DNA from: an uncultured Alphaproteobacteria bacterium
Lineage (GTDB): Bacteria > Pseudomonadota > Alphaproteobacteria > Rs-D84
Direction of reading: 5' to 3'
DNA: 64,000 nucleotides
Assembly: GCA_944392775.1 (NCBI GenBank)
Contig: CALXXV010000010.1
Location: forward strand, 12,966 to 76,965
The position numbers and the translations under genes are program-made. The notes beneath the pieces are model-generated. The model saw only the letters and a program-made list of their open reading frames with translations. It ran no database searches and was not told where the DNA came from. Within the stretch, counting starts at the first letter, position 1, and each line of letters starts with the position of its first letter. Positions 1 to 10,359 of this stretch are shown one piece after another.

Positions 1-2807
1 GTTGGATTAGCTGTTCCGTTGCCGGATGCCTCATATCCGGAATTACAACTTACATTATATGTACATGCTGGGTATGCTGAACCGTTATAGTAAACTTTTG
101 CACTTACAACAGTTGTTGTGCCGCCTGTAATAGTTTTTCCACCACAAGTTTTATAGCAACCAGTCGCTGCTGTAGAACCTGTATCAGATCCGTTATATCC
201 TGAAGGGCATGTTGTCGAGCATCCTGCCTGACCAATGTTTGCAAAACCTGTACCCGGACAGAATGAACCAGATGGACAATCTACATGACTTGTACCGTTA
301 TAATATTTACCTGCTTGACATTGTGTTGTTTGTTGTGACCAACATGCATATATTGTTTTTGCTGCTGTGAACGTCATCTTATTTACACCACTTGTGCATC
401 CAGAAGATTCGCCCCATCCAGTAAAAGCAAAACCTGTTCTTGTAAGACCGCTTGACGGCAAATCGCATGAAACGCCATGTTTACATGTCTGTGTTGCATT
501 TGCGGTGCCTGATGAACCGTTTATAGAGCCTGTACCACCATTTTTGTTAAGGGTTATGGTATATTCATCAAGCTCGCAACCAGTTTTGTCGCTTGATAAA
601 TGATAGTGTTCATTACATTGTGTTGCTGTACAAGTATTTGTTCCGCCCTTAGTTACAGTACCAGAGACAGCAGAAGAGTTTGGAATATCGCTTGTTGTAC
701 AATCTCTATAACAGATGCTATTTGTCTGAGATTTACATACATCGTATGTCCCTTTTGTGTATCCTGATACGCTGCTACAAGAAACACTACAGTTTGAACA
801 GCCTGAACCGTTTGGATATTGTGTTGCGCTACATCCGCAAGTTCCGGCACCAGCTGTGCTTGCAGCGCAGGCGGTCCATTGCGCAGTAAATGTAATGTCT
901 TTTGTATAAGTCCAAGTTATTTGTCCTGGTTGTTTAAGTGCGGAACCATCATTCCAACCAGCAAATGTATAACCTGGCTTTGAACATGTGTTAGATGCAA
1001 TTACATAAGAAGCGCCATATTGTTGAGATGTACCACCTGGTGCATTACCGCTACCGGTACCGCAAGAGTATGAAACCTCATAAGTATTTGGGATACACGT
1101 ATCCCCACTCTTTTGATATCCCGTTTCGCAGGTAAAGGTCATAGAGCAGGTAGGAGCACTTGCACTACATGTTTGTGTTACCTGATTCATTGTGCCGCTT
1201 GCGGTTTCTGATCCAAAACTGCAAGATGTAGAATGTGCAGGACACGATGGGCGCGTACAAGGAACGCTACAGGATTTTGTACATTGCGTTGCTGACGTTG
1301 ATCCAGGTGATGAAGAGTAACCAGAATCGCATGCCGTACAACTTTCTGCACCAGAATTTGAATAAGTATTATTTGGACATGTTTGACAACTGTCTGTATC
1401 CAAAATTCCACTTGGCAAATCCATATAATATACCCTATGATCTGTACTATAGGTTCCTGGGGCACAAGCTTCTAAATCCATAGTCTCCTCTGATGCATAA
1501 AAACCACCAGATAGAATAGCATAACAATCTTCATCAGAACTTGATCCCGCATCAGATTGATCATAATTTATACTTCCGCCCCAATCAAAATGACAACGTT
1601 CAATATAACTTGTACTTCCTTGTGATACTGTATGCGCTTCTTTAAAATACCCAGCAGGGACAGTTTCACAAGCTTGGAAAGTTTCTGCAACAAACTCTCC
1701 ACCATCACAATATGTTACACAATCTGTCGACGCATCATGATCGCCTGATTGTCTTGAGTTAGGAGTAGAATAATTCGTCGCACAGGACTCCACATTCGTC
1801 CCTGATGTCGATCCCGCTGATACTGTATGCGCACTTGTATACCAATTTCCCTGCGGTGTTACACATGATTTATCAGCAGTTACTACACGTGTTCCCGCCG
1901 CACATGTTATCTTACAATCTGACTTCGCATCATGATCAGACGCAGCCGTTCCACTTATCGTATAGTCCGTCGGACAACTATATTGTACGCCACTTAAACA
2001 ATATGTGTTACCAGTACATTGTTCTTGTCCCGTTCTTGTCCTATTAGTTCCACCAACAGAATAATACCCAGGATCTACGTCATATTTTATTCCACCTGTA
2101 CAATATACAGAAGAGTTTCCGCATGCCATTCTGCCTGTACATCCGTTACCAGATGTGTCACATCCTGTTGTAAAATATCCTTCTTCAACAGTTGTACATG
2201 ACGTAGCCCCTTCTTCTGAAGTGTATTTCGTCCTGCCAGAACATAAATTACAAGTAGAAGTGTCTCCATAATAGACAAGCGTTGTGCTTTTATAGCTTCC
2301 TTTGGCGCACGGAGTAACCGTTTCATCCCCCGGAGAAGCTATATATCCGCCACTAAATAGAGCAAAACATTTGTTTATAGAAGTAACTGCTATCCCAGAA
2401 GCGTCTTTATATCCTGCAGGACAGTCATATAATCCTTGGTCTTGGGTTGAAGATGGAGAAAACGTTCCGCCTGGACAATAATTTCCTTTAGTACATGGAG
2501 AACAAGATGTTCGCCCTGCTGCTAAATAACGACCTGCACTGCAGGTTACATTATTTGCTTTAGGACAGGCGGTACCACCAGCACACGTATAACCACTGCC
2601 CATTACGGAACATGGACGACATGCATTGCCAGATTTTACGGTTGTATCACAAGTTGTAGACGTTGATGACGCCGTCATATAGTACCCTTCTGAACAAGAT
2701 GTATATTGCTTATATGAGGGACACGTATAATCAGCTAATGCGTTTCCAGCAAAAACGAAAACAAATAAATATACAAAAAAACTAAGGAAACCAAGTCTTT
2801 TTCCCAT
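1..2807 (-). CDS. giant secreted cysteine-rich repeat surface protein; 3' part runs past the window start; frame locally disrupted near 1021-1083
   Basis: Hand translation of the minus strand from ATG at 2807. An SD-like AAGAGGGAAAG precedes it. The product starts MGKRLGFLSFFVYLFVFVFAGNALA, a signal peptide with an AxA cleavage site. It continues with no stop to 1083 as Cys/Gly/Ser/Thr-rich tandem C-x2-C-x2-G-x-Y repeats. After a local frame disturbance the same frame stays open from 1079 to position 1 and includes GYTFAGW-type repeats. The region is not in the supplied ORF track. Confidence 0.6.
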   Translation of the reverse strand, partial: MGKRLGFLSFFVYLFVFVFAGNALADYTCPSYKQYTSCSEGYYMTASSTSTTCDTTVKSGNACRPCSVMGSGYTCAGGTACPKANNVTCSAGRYLAAGRTSCSPCTKGNYCPGGTFSPSSTQDQGLYDCPAGYKDASGIAVTSINKCFALFSGGYIASPGDETVTPCAKGSYKSTTLVYYGDTSTCNLCSGRTKYTSEEGATSCTTVEEGYFTTGCDTSGNGCTGRMACGNSSVYCTGGIKYDVDPGYYSVGGTNRTRTGQEQCTGNTYCLSGVQYSCPTDYTISGTAASDHDAKSDCKITCAAGTRVVTADKSCVTPQGNWYTSAHTVSAGSTSGTNVESCATNYSTPNSRQSGDHDASTDCVTYCDGGEFVAETFQACETVPAGYFKEAHTVSQGSTSYIERCHFDWGGSINYDQSDAGSSSDEDCYAILSGGFYASEETMDLEACAPGTYSTDHRVYYMDLPSGILDTDSCQTCPNNTYSNSGAESCTACDSGYSSSPGSTSATQCTKSCSVPCTRPSCPAHSTSCSFGSETASGTMNQVTQTCSASAPTCSMTFTCETGYQKSGDTCIPNTYEVSYSCGTGSGNAPGGTSQQYGASYVIASNTCSKPGYTFAGWNDGSALKQPGQITWTYTKDITFTAQWTACAASTAGAGTCGCSATQYPNGSGCSNCSVSCSSVSGYTKGTYDVCKSQTNSICYRDCTTSDIPNSSAVSGTVTKGGTNTCTATQCNEHYHLSSDKTGCELDEYTITLNKNGGTGSINGSSGTANATQTCKHGVSCDLPSSGLTRTGFAFTGWGESSGCTSGVNKMTFTAAKTIYACWSQQTTQCQAGKYYNGTSHVDCPSGSFCPGTGFANIGQAGCSTTCPSGYNGSDTGSTAATGCYKTCGGKTITGGTTTVVSAKVYYNGSAYPACTYNVSCNSGYEASGNGTANP

Positions 2808-2877
2808 ATCTTTCCCTCTTTTATATTTCATATTAGAAAAAATAGAGCCCTATGTGCAAGAGAAAAAATTAAAATAA

Positions 2878-2906
2878 AAAAGCACGTCATTGACGTGCGT
2901 ATTTTA
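2878..2906 (-). terminator. intrinsic terminator downstream of tRNA-Met
   Basis: Hairpin gcacgtc-att-gacgtgc, followed by a T-run on the minus strand. Confidence 0.4.
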
Positions 2907-2909
2907 AAG

Positions 2910-2986
2910 TGGTGGGTTAGGTAGGACTTGAACCCACGACCAAAGCGTTATGAGCGCTCCGCTCTAACCAACTGAGCTACTAACCC
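2910..2986 (-). tRNA. tRNA-Met (anticodon CAT, elongator or lysidine-Ile type)
   Basis: The reverse complement folds as a cloverleaf: acceptor GGGTTAG/CTAACCC, anticodon loop CTCATAA, T-loop GTTCAAGTC, encoded CCA. Confidence 0.8.
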
Positions 2987-3073
2987 ACGGCGTGCATTAT
3001 ATAGTTATTTAAAAATATATGCAAGCTTTTTTTATTATTGTACTTTATTTTTTATTTTAACTGTGACAACATA

Positions 3074-4363
3074 ATGAATGATATGTCAGTAAATATACCG
3101 ATTTTAAACGATATTCAAATGTCCGCATTTAATACAATAGAACATACACATTCTAATGTTTTAATTTTAGGTCAGGCCGGAACAGGCAAATCTACTTTTA
3201 TAAATTATGTAAAAGCAGTTTCAAATAAACGGGTTATATGCGCATGTCCAACGGCTGTATCTGCTTTAAATGTAAGTGGTCAGACGATCCATTCCCTTTT
3301 TCAAATTCAGCCACGTGATTTTATTATGCCAGAGCTTTTGAAATTAAAGGCAAAACCAAGGAATATTTTAAATGCAGCTGATGTTTTAATAATAGATGAA
3401 ATTTCTATGGTCGCACCCGATTTGCTGGATGCAATCGATATCCTTGCCAGACTGGCGCGCCATAATAATGATCCTTTTGGAGGATTACAAATAGTTGCCA
3501 TAGGCGATTTGTTTCAGTTACCACCAGTAATTACAAATGATGCGAAGGATTATTATGTGCAAACATATGAACATGCAAATGCCTATTTCTTTGATAGTAA
3601 TGTTTATAAGCGTGCCCAGTTTTTACGTTATGATTTTGATTTTGTTTATCGTCAGTCTGATAAAAAATTGTTAGAAAATTTAAAACGTTTACGTAGAAAT
3701 GATTTAAGTGCTTTAGATTTTTTTAATTGCTGTAAAATAGATGATGTATTTAAACGAGAAAACGCGGTTATTATAACTCCATTTAGATCTGTTGCGGAAA
3801 AAATAAATTTTGATAAATTAGCACAAATAGAGTCTACGGAAATTTCGTATACAGGCGAATTGACGGGAACATTTCAAGAACGTGATGTTCCTGCACCTTT
3901 GAATTTAACTTTAAAAGTGGGGGCATTAGTTGTCTTTGTAAAAAATGGGGATAAGTGGTATAACGGTTCTATGGGAATTGTTCGTAATTTAAATGCAAGA
4001 GAGATTCAAGTAGAATTATTAAATTTAAAACATGATATAGTAAATGTAAAACCAGAAAAGTGGTCAAAAATAGAGTATGTAAGAGATGAAAACGACAGAT
4101 TGATAGAAAATGAAGTTGGTAGTTTTAAACAGTTTCCGTTAAATCTTGGTTATGCTATGACTATACATAAAGCACAAGGCAAAACATTAGATGCTGTTAC
4201 TGTTGATATTTCGCGTGGCGCATTTACACATGGTCAAACATATGTGGCTTTATCAAGAACAAGAAAAAGTTCAGATATTCATGTCCTTACGCCGTTAAAA
4301 CCACAAGACGTCATTTTTGATAATCGGGTTTTAGAATTTGTTGACTTAAATCTTTTTGCATAA
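3074..4363 (+). CDS. PIF1/RecD-family SF1 DNA helicase
   Basis: Walker A GQAGTGKST and DExx-like LIIDEISM are present. The C-terminus has HKAQGKTLD and YVALSRTRK motifs typical of PIF1/RecD-like helicases. The TTG at 3038 is probably not the real start. Confidence 0.7.
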   Translation: MNDMSVNIPILNDIQMSAFNTIEHTHSNVLILGQAGTGKSTFINYVKAVSNKRVICACPTAVSALNVSGQTIHSLFQIQPRDFIMPELLKLKAKPRNILNAADVLIIDEISMVAPDLLDAIDILARLARHNNDPFGGLQIVAIGDLFQLPPVITNDAKDYYVQTYEHANAYFFDSNVYKRAQFLRYDFDFVYRQSDKKLLENLKRLRRNDLSALDFFNCCKIDDVFKRENAVIITPFRSVAEKINFDKLAQIESTEISYTGELTGTFQERDVPAPLNLTLKVGALVVFVKNGDKWYNGSMGIVRNLNAREIQVELLNLKHDIVNVKPEKWSKIEYVRDENDRLIENEVGSFKQFPLNLGYAMTIHKAQGKTLDAVTVDISRGAFTHGQTYVALSRTRKSSDIHVLTPLKPQDVIFDNRVLEFVDLNLFA

Positions 4364-5345
4364 CTTTAATTAAAAAATCACCGTTACTTTTAAGTTCTTT
4401 GAAATCAACGCCTGAACCTGAAACAATTTTTTCAATACTTGGTAATTCACCGCCTTGGATGGATTGGTTGGCACTATTTATTAAAGCGTTTCTTTCAGCA
4501 TTAAATATTATTTCTCCATCTTGTGTTAGTGCACCATATTTTTCGTCTGTTTTTAATAATCCACGATGGTCATGTTCTTGAAAACTTGTTTCTTTTAATT
4601 TCCCCGCGATAAAAATATTTCCGTAAGGTTCAGCAAAAAAGCTAGGAACGATGTCACCAGAGTTTTCATATAAATATTCAGATAAAGTATTATTTTTATT
4701 GGTCATAGTATCTTCTGCTGAGGCAAAAGACAAAGTAGTAAATTTAAACGAATTCATCGGTGCAATAGGGCTGTGTTGTATGACTAATAAATTTTTTTGT
4801 ATTTTTTGAATTTCAGTTTTTTTATAACCTAAATATAGCATTTTTTCATACATTAAGTTTGACATTTGCCATATTGTAGCGGCACCATGACAGTGTGCAT
4901 AAAATTTTATTAATCTAATTCTTTTTATTGCTTCTTCAATAGTTAGTCTTTTACCTAAAGAATTTGTAATTCTTGGATATAATAATATGTTAAATAGCGT
5001 GTTTACATAATTAGGGGTATTATTTTCTTGTATTTCGATAAGTTTTTGTTGTGCTTTAAGGAACAGCGCATTGCGTTCTGCTTTCGTGTCATGTGTTTTG
5101 AAGCTATAAACTACAGAATAAATACTTATTTTGGTTATATTATTTTCTTTAAATAACGTCTCTAACATTTTCGCATAAGAATTTGCGCGCCTATCAGAAT
5201 TTGTCAGTTCTCCACCAAATGCAACAATCGCAGGTTCGTTAATAGGTATGTTATCAACACGTATGCATCCATGATCTTCTACAGATTCACTAGGAATTCT
5301 TTTTATTAAAAAAGCATCTGTTTTTAAATCATGATCTTTTTTCAT
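4311..5345 (-). CDS. hypothetical protein (344 aa), last gene of the lon-tsaB-rimI operon
   Basis: Long ORF whose start overlaps the rimI stop by 4 nt. No recognisable motifs apart from an HCHGAAT stretch. Confidence 0.5.
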   Translation of the reverse strand: MKKDHDLKTDAFLIKRIPSESVEDHGCIRVDNIPINEPAIVAFGGELTNSDRRANSYAKMLETLFKENNITKISIYSVVYSFKTHDTKAERNALFLKAQQKLIEIQENNTPNYVNTLFNILLYPRITNSLGKRLTIEEAIKRIRLIKFYAHCHGAATIWQMSNLMYEKMLYLGYKKTEIQKIQKNLLVIQHSPIAPMNSFKFTTLSFASAEDTMTNKNNTLSEYLYENSGDIVPSFFAEPYGNIFIAGKLKETSFQEHDHRGLLKTDEKYGALTQDGEIIFNAERNALINSANQSIQGGELPSIEKIVSGSGVDFKELKSNGDFLIKVMQKDLSQQILKPDYQK

Positions 5346-5728
5346 ATTTCTTTCTCCAATAACAATGCATCGATATTATCATAATAATGGGGCCTAATGC
5401 CAATTTGTTTATACCCATTACTTTCATATAGCTTACGCGCTGGGATATTATTTTCTGCAACTTCTAAGAATATTTTTTTCCCACCACGTTTTTTTACATC
5501 GTTTTCAACCAGTATCAACATAGCACTAGCAATACCGGATTTTCTAAATTCAGGACGTACACCAATTGTTATAATTTCTGCTTCATCTGCGACGACACGC
5601 CAAATTATAAAACCATTTTGACTTGCGATAATATCGCACCCAGATTTTTTTAAATCTTCAAAATCTTTTGACGACCATGGCTTGTTTGGAAAACATTCCT
5701 TGTGAAGATTTTCTAATTCTTGATACAT
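5342..5728 (-). CDS. rimI: ribosomal-protein-alanine N-acetyltransferase RimI (GNAT)
   Basis: GNAT motif RKSGIASAMLI, and the conserved position next to tsaB. Confidence 0.75.
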   Translation of the reverse strand: MYQELENLHKECFPNKPWSSKDFEDLKKSGCDIIASQNGFIIWRVVADEAEIITIGVRPEFRKSGIASAMLILVENDVKKRGGKKIFLEVAENNIPARKLYESNGYKQIGIRPHYYDNIDALLLEKEI

Positions 5729-6264
5729 TTAAAATTCTTTTCCGCATAACTGGGTTTTAAATACATTGGTACAGCAGAAGGGATATTACCAGATTGAAGT
5801 TTTTCTTGTACTATTTTTAAAGCAAATCTTAAATTAAAAGGTTTGTGTCCAACTGTTTTTGGCCATTCCATTTGTTTGGTTTCAATTTCTTCTATTCCCA
5901 TAGTACAAGGTTCCAGACCATCCGCTGCGACAAAAAAATCTCCTTTGCCAGAATCTATTGCAACAAATGCATTTGGGGTTTCGGCCAGATAAATTTCAAA
6001 AGCGTTTATAGGTATAACGGGTATATTTAGTCCTACAGAAAGACCTTTCGCATATGCTATTCCTATTCTAATACCAGTAAAGCTTCCCGGGCCTACAATA
6101 ATCCCTATTGCTGATAGATCGGTCCATTTTGTATTGTTTTCTGATAAAAACTTTTCGGTTTCTATGGGTAAGCTCAAAGATTGCTTATCTGTTAAAACGT
6201 GTTTATATTTATCGCCTAATAAAAACTCTAAATTATTACCAGAAGTACTTATTATAAGAATCAT
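5713..6264 (-). CDS. tsaB: tRNA t6A37 biosynthesis protein TsaB (YeaZ)
   Basis: MILIISTSGNN... is a YeaZ/Kae1-fold N-terminus. The gene lies in the rimI-tsaB pair. The start is chosen at the internal Met. Confidence 0.7.
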   Translation of the reverse strand: MILIISTSGNNLEFLLGDKYKHVLTDKQSLSLPIETEKFLSENNTKWTDLSAIGIIVGPGSFTGIRIGIAYAKGLSVGLNIPVIPINAFEIYLAETPNAFVAIDSGKGDFFVAADGLEPCTMGIEEIETKQMEWPKTVGHKPFNLRFALKIVQEKLQSGNIPSAVPMYLKPSYAEKNFKCIKN

Positions 6265-6280
6265 ATTATAAAATCCTGTT

Positions 6281-8038
6281 TTATGCATTTATGCCGAAGC
6301 CTATACGTTTTGATATGGTCGCGGATTTTCTTACTGCTAATAACTCATCTATTTTTTGTGGTGTAAATTCCGTTTTTACATCTTCTCCGTCGTGCTCTAG
6401 CAAAGATCGACGTAAAATAGCAGTTATTTCACGTTGCAATTCGCGTACTCCCTGTTCAGATGTATAATTACGAATTATATGTTTTATTGCCGCATCTTTC
6501 ATTATTATTTTATCAACAGCCCAACCGGTATCTTTGGCAGCGCGCTCTATTAAGTGTTCTTTCGCTATTTGAATTTTTTCTTCTTCGCTATATCCGGGGA
6601 TTTCTATGATTTCCATTCTATCTTTTAATGCGTTTGACATATTTAAACTATTTGCCGTTGCAATAAATAAAACGTTAGATAAATCGAAATCAACTTCTAA
6701 ATAGTGATCACGGAAAGATCTGTTTTGTTCAGGGTCTAATATTTCCAGCAGGGCAGATTCTGGATCTCCGCGCCAATCGCGTCCCATTTTGTCTATTTCG
6801 TCTAATACTATCACTGGATTATTAGACTTGCTTCGTTTAAGAGCATCCATAATTCTGCCGGTCTGGGCACCAATATAAGTTTTTCTGTGACCTCTGAAGT
6901 GAGCCTCATCAGAGATTCCACCAAGAGAAATTCTTTGATATTTTCTACCTAAAGCTTCAGCGATGGACTTGCATAACGAAGTTTTTCCAACACCTGGGGC
7001 CCCGACAAAACATAATATACTGCCTTGATTTTTGCCTGTCTTTTTCATTACAGCAATATGTTCTAATATGCGTTCTTTCACGCCTTGCATTCCAGAATGT
7101 TGCGAGTCTAGTACTTTGCGTGCAGATTTTAGGTCTATAGTTGTTTTGTCATATTTACCCCATGGCATTGATAAAAGTTCGTCTAAATAAGTTTTTAATA
7201 ATCCGCCTTCATTTGACATTGGGGACATTGTTTTCATTCTTTTCCATTCAGATAACGCTTTTTCTTTTGCTTCCGTTGACATTTCGGAACGCTCGATTCT
7301 TTTTCGTACGTTTTCTGTATCCATTTCTTCACTGTCTTCACCCATTTCGCGTTGGATTGCACGCATTTTTTCTTGCAGAATAGCTTCTCGTCTGCCATTC
7401 TCCATTTGTTGGTGTATACGACGGTTTATAGAATCTTCTATTTTAGCTGTCTCTGCCATAAGATTAATTTGTTCTAACAGCAAGACCATTTTTTCGCGCC
7501 ATGAGGTTGCGCTTAAAATTTTTATTGCATCATCAGTATCTATACCGGCAGTTTGTATTACAGAATCGATAAATGCGGGCAATGGATAGTTTTGTATTAT
7601 TGTACGCAGTTTATCTATTTTAAATTTCCTAGCAACCGATAAAATCTGCATATTTTCTGCAACTTTATCACGCAAAGCTAATGTTTGTTCAAAAGCGCTG
7701 TCGTCCAAGATTTCTATTGGTGTAGTTTCTGCCATGAAAATGCCATTTTCCAGACTTATGTCATTTAATTTTACAACATCAGTTGTTTTTATTATGGCGT
7801 GTAAAGCACCATCAGGCATACGTAATACTTGTGCGATGTCACCAATTGTTCCGACATCATATATATCTTCGGGCAAAGTCGGGTATGCCCAACTATGTTG
7901 CGCAGTAATTATTATTTTTTTTTCGGCATTTGCTGCTGCTTCTATGCAAGCAACAGACATTGGATTATCTATATAAACCGGAACTGTTAGCCCCGGATGA
8001 ACTACTAAATCTCTAAAGGGTAAAATATATTGTTTCAT
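6281..8038 (-). CDS. lon: Lon-family ATPase (LonA N domain plus AAA+ module) lacking the C-terminal protease domain
   Basis: LON N-domain is present. Walker A GAPGVGKTS and Walker B VIVLDEIDK are present, as is sensor-2 GVRELQREI. The ORF stops at ...KRIGFGINA, exactly where the S16 peptidase domain normally begins. tsaB follows 16 nt later. Confidence 0.75.
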   Translation of the reverse strand: MKQYILPFRDLVVHPGLTVPVYIDNPMSVACIEAAANAEKKIIITAQHSWAYPTLPEDIYDVGTIGDIAQVLRMPDGALHAIIKTTDVVKLNDISLENGIFMAETTPIEILDDSAFEQTLALRDKVAENMQILSVARKFKIDKLRTIIQNYPLPAFIDSVIQTAGIDTDDAIKILSATSWREKMVLLLEQINLMAETAKIEDSINRRIHQQMENGRREAILQEKMRAIQREMGEDSEEMDTENVRKRIERSEMSTEAKEKALSEWKRMKTMSPMSNEGGLLKTYLDELLSMPWGKYDKTTIDLKSARKVLDSQHSGMQGVKERILEHIAVMKKTGKNQGSILCFVGAPGVGKTSLCKSIAEALGRKYQRISLGGISDEAHFRGHRKTYIGAQTGRIMDALKRSKSNNPVIVLDEIDKMGRDWRGDPESALLEILDPEQNRSFRDHYLEVDFDLSNVLFIATANSLNMSNALKDRMEIIEIPGYSEEEKIQIAKEHLIERAAKDTGWAVDKIIMKDAAIKHIIRNYTSEQGVRELQREITAILRRSLLEHDGEDVKTEFTPQKIDELLAVRKSATISKRIGFGINA

Positions 8039-8081
8039 GGTGAATATAATATAAGTTATTTTTATAATTTTTCAAGAGATA

Positions 8082-8112
8082 TAAAAAAACCCCGATAATT
8101 CGGGGATTTAAA
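8082..8112 (-). terminator. intrinsic terminator
   Basis: Hairpin ccccgaattatcgggg, followed by a T-run on the minus strand. Confidence 0.5.
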
Positions 8113-8128
8113 AAAGTCTTTTATTATT

Positions 8129-8362
8129 TTAACGACGGCGAGAGTTACCGAAACTATTGTATTGTGCATTATTGCTAGAACGTTTTGATAAATAGCGCGC
8201 AGAAATCAAAACAAGCCATTCAATAGATAATAATCCAAGATAAATTAATTTATTTTCTAATCCTGGTACCCAACCTAAAATATAAACTAATTGAGCCACA
8301 AATGAAATATATAATAATCCAAAAATACTTGTAAAGAATACTTTTTTTACTTTTCCAAACAT
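8129..8362 (-). CDS. small membrane protein
   Basis: 77-aa ORF with two hydrophobic helices. Confidence 0.4.
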   Translation of the reverse strand: MFGKVKKVFFTSIFGLLYISFVAQLVYILGWVPGLENKLIYLGLLSIEWLVLISARYLSKRSSNNAQYNSFGNSRRR

Positions 8363-8399
8363 ATTTTACCCTTTTATTAAAACGTTATAAATAAAATGC

Positions 8400-8715
8400 T
8401 GGGTTTCTGTTGCCGGGTACCCAGCGACCCCGCAATAAGCTAAGATGAATATAATCAACAATTGCCAATTATATTCTAAGCCTAATTAGGCAGCCATTGC
8501 AAGGCGAACGTTGTCGTTCGCAGCGATTCTATCGCCATTCAGTTTTTATTTAGCTTTTTACGACGCCACGTCGGATTCAGCCGATTTGCCTTTACTGCGC
8601 CTGTCGAAACTATGTCAGCCCCATATGTTTTATTGGTGGAGCTGTGGGGTACCGCCCCCCAGTCCAAAACGTCTATTTCGCAACGGTTTCAGAATCATCA
8701 TCGTTTATACGACGG
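8400..8715 (-). ncRNA. ssrA: tmRNA (ssrA), circularly permuted two-piece form
   Basis: On the minus strand, a T-arm plus CAGCUCCACCA acceptor 3' end finishes at 8634. It is followed 11 nt later by GGGGCUGACAU..., the tmRNA 5' end, at 8622. GUAAAAAGCUAAAUAAAAA is then followed by the tag reading frame GCG AAC GAC AAC GUU CGC CUU GCA AUG GCU GCC UAA, giving (A)ANDNVRLAMAA. The 5' and 3' boundaries are approximate. Confidence 0.75.
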
Positions 8716-8768
8716 TTTTCATTATATAATATTTGCGGTGGAAATTGCAAGTTTTTAAGTTATAATGA

Positions 8769-10281
<1,513 letters not shown>

Positions 10282-10359
10282 TCAAAGATTTGCTTTTTAC
10301 AGTTTTATCTGCTAAGATTTTTTGCATAATCACAATATAACCCATAAAGGAGAATAAAA

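Noticed and set aside
367-2326. Short track ORFs (367..603+, 680..889+, 1235..1483+, 1805..2047+, 2019..2201+, 653..850-, 1187..1465-, 2087..2326-).
   Set aside because: All lie inside, or antisense to, the long minus-strand frame-2 reading that encodes the Cys-rich repeat protein. They are wrong-frame artefacts of a codon-biased repetitive gene.
8511-8729. 72-aa plus-strand ORF.
   Set aside because: It overlaps the tmRNA gene on the opposite strand. Its sequence is explained by the structured RNA, and it has no RBS or protein-like composition.
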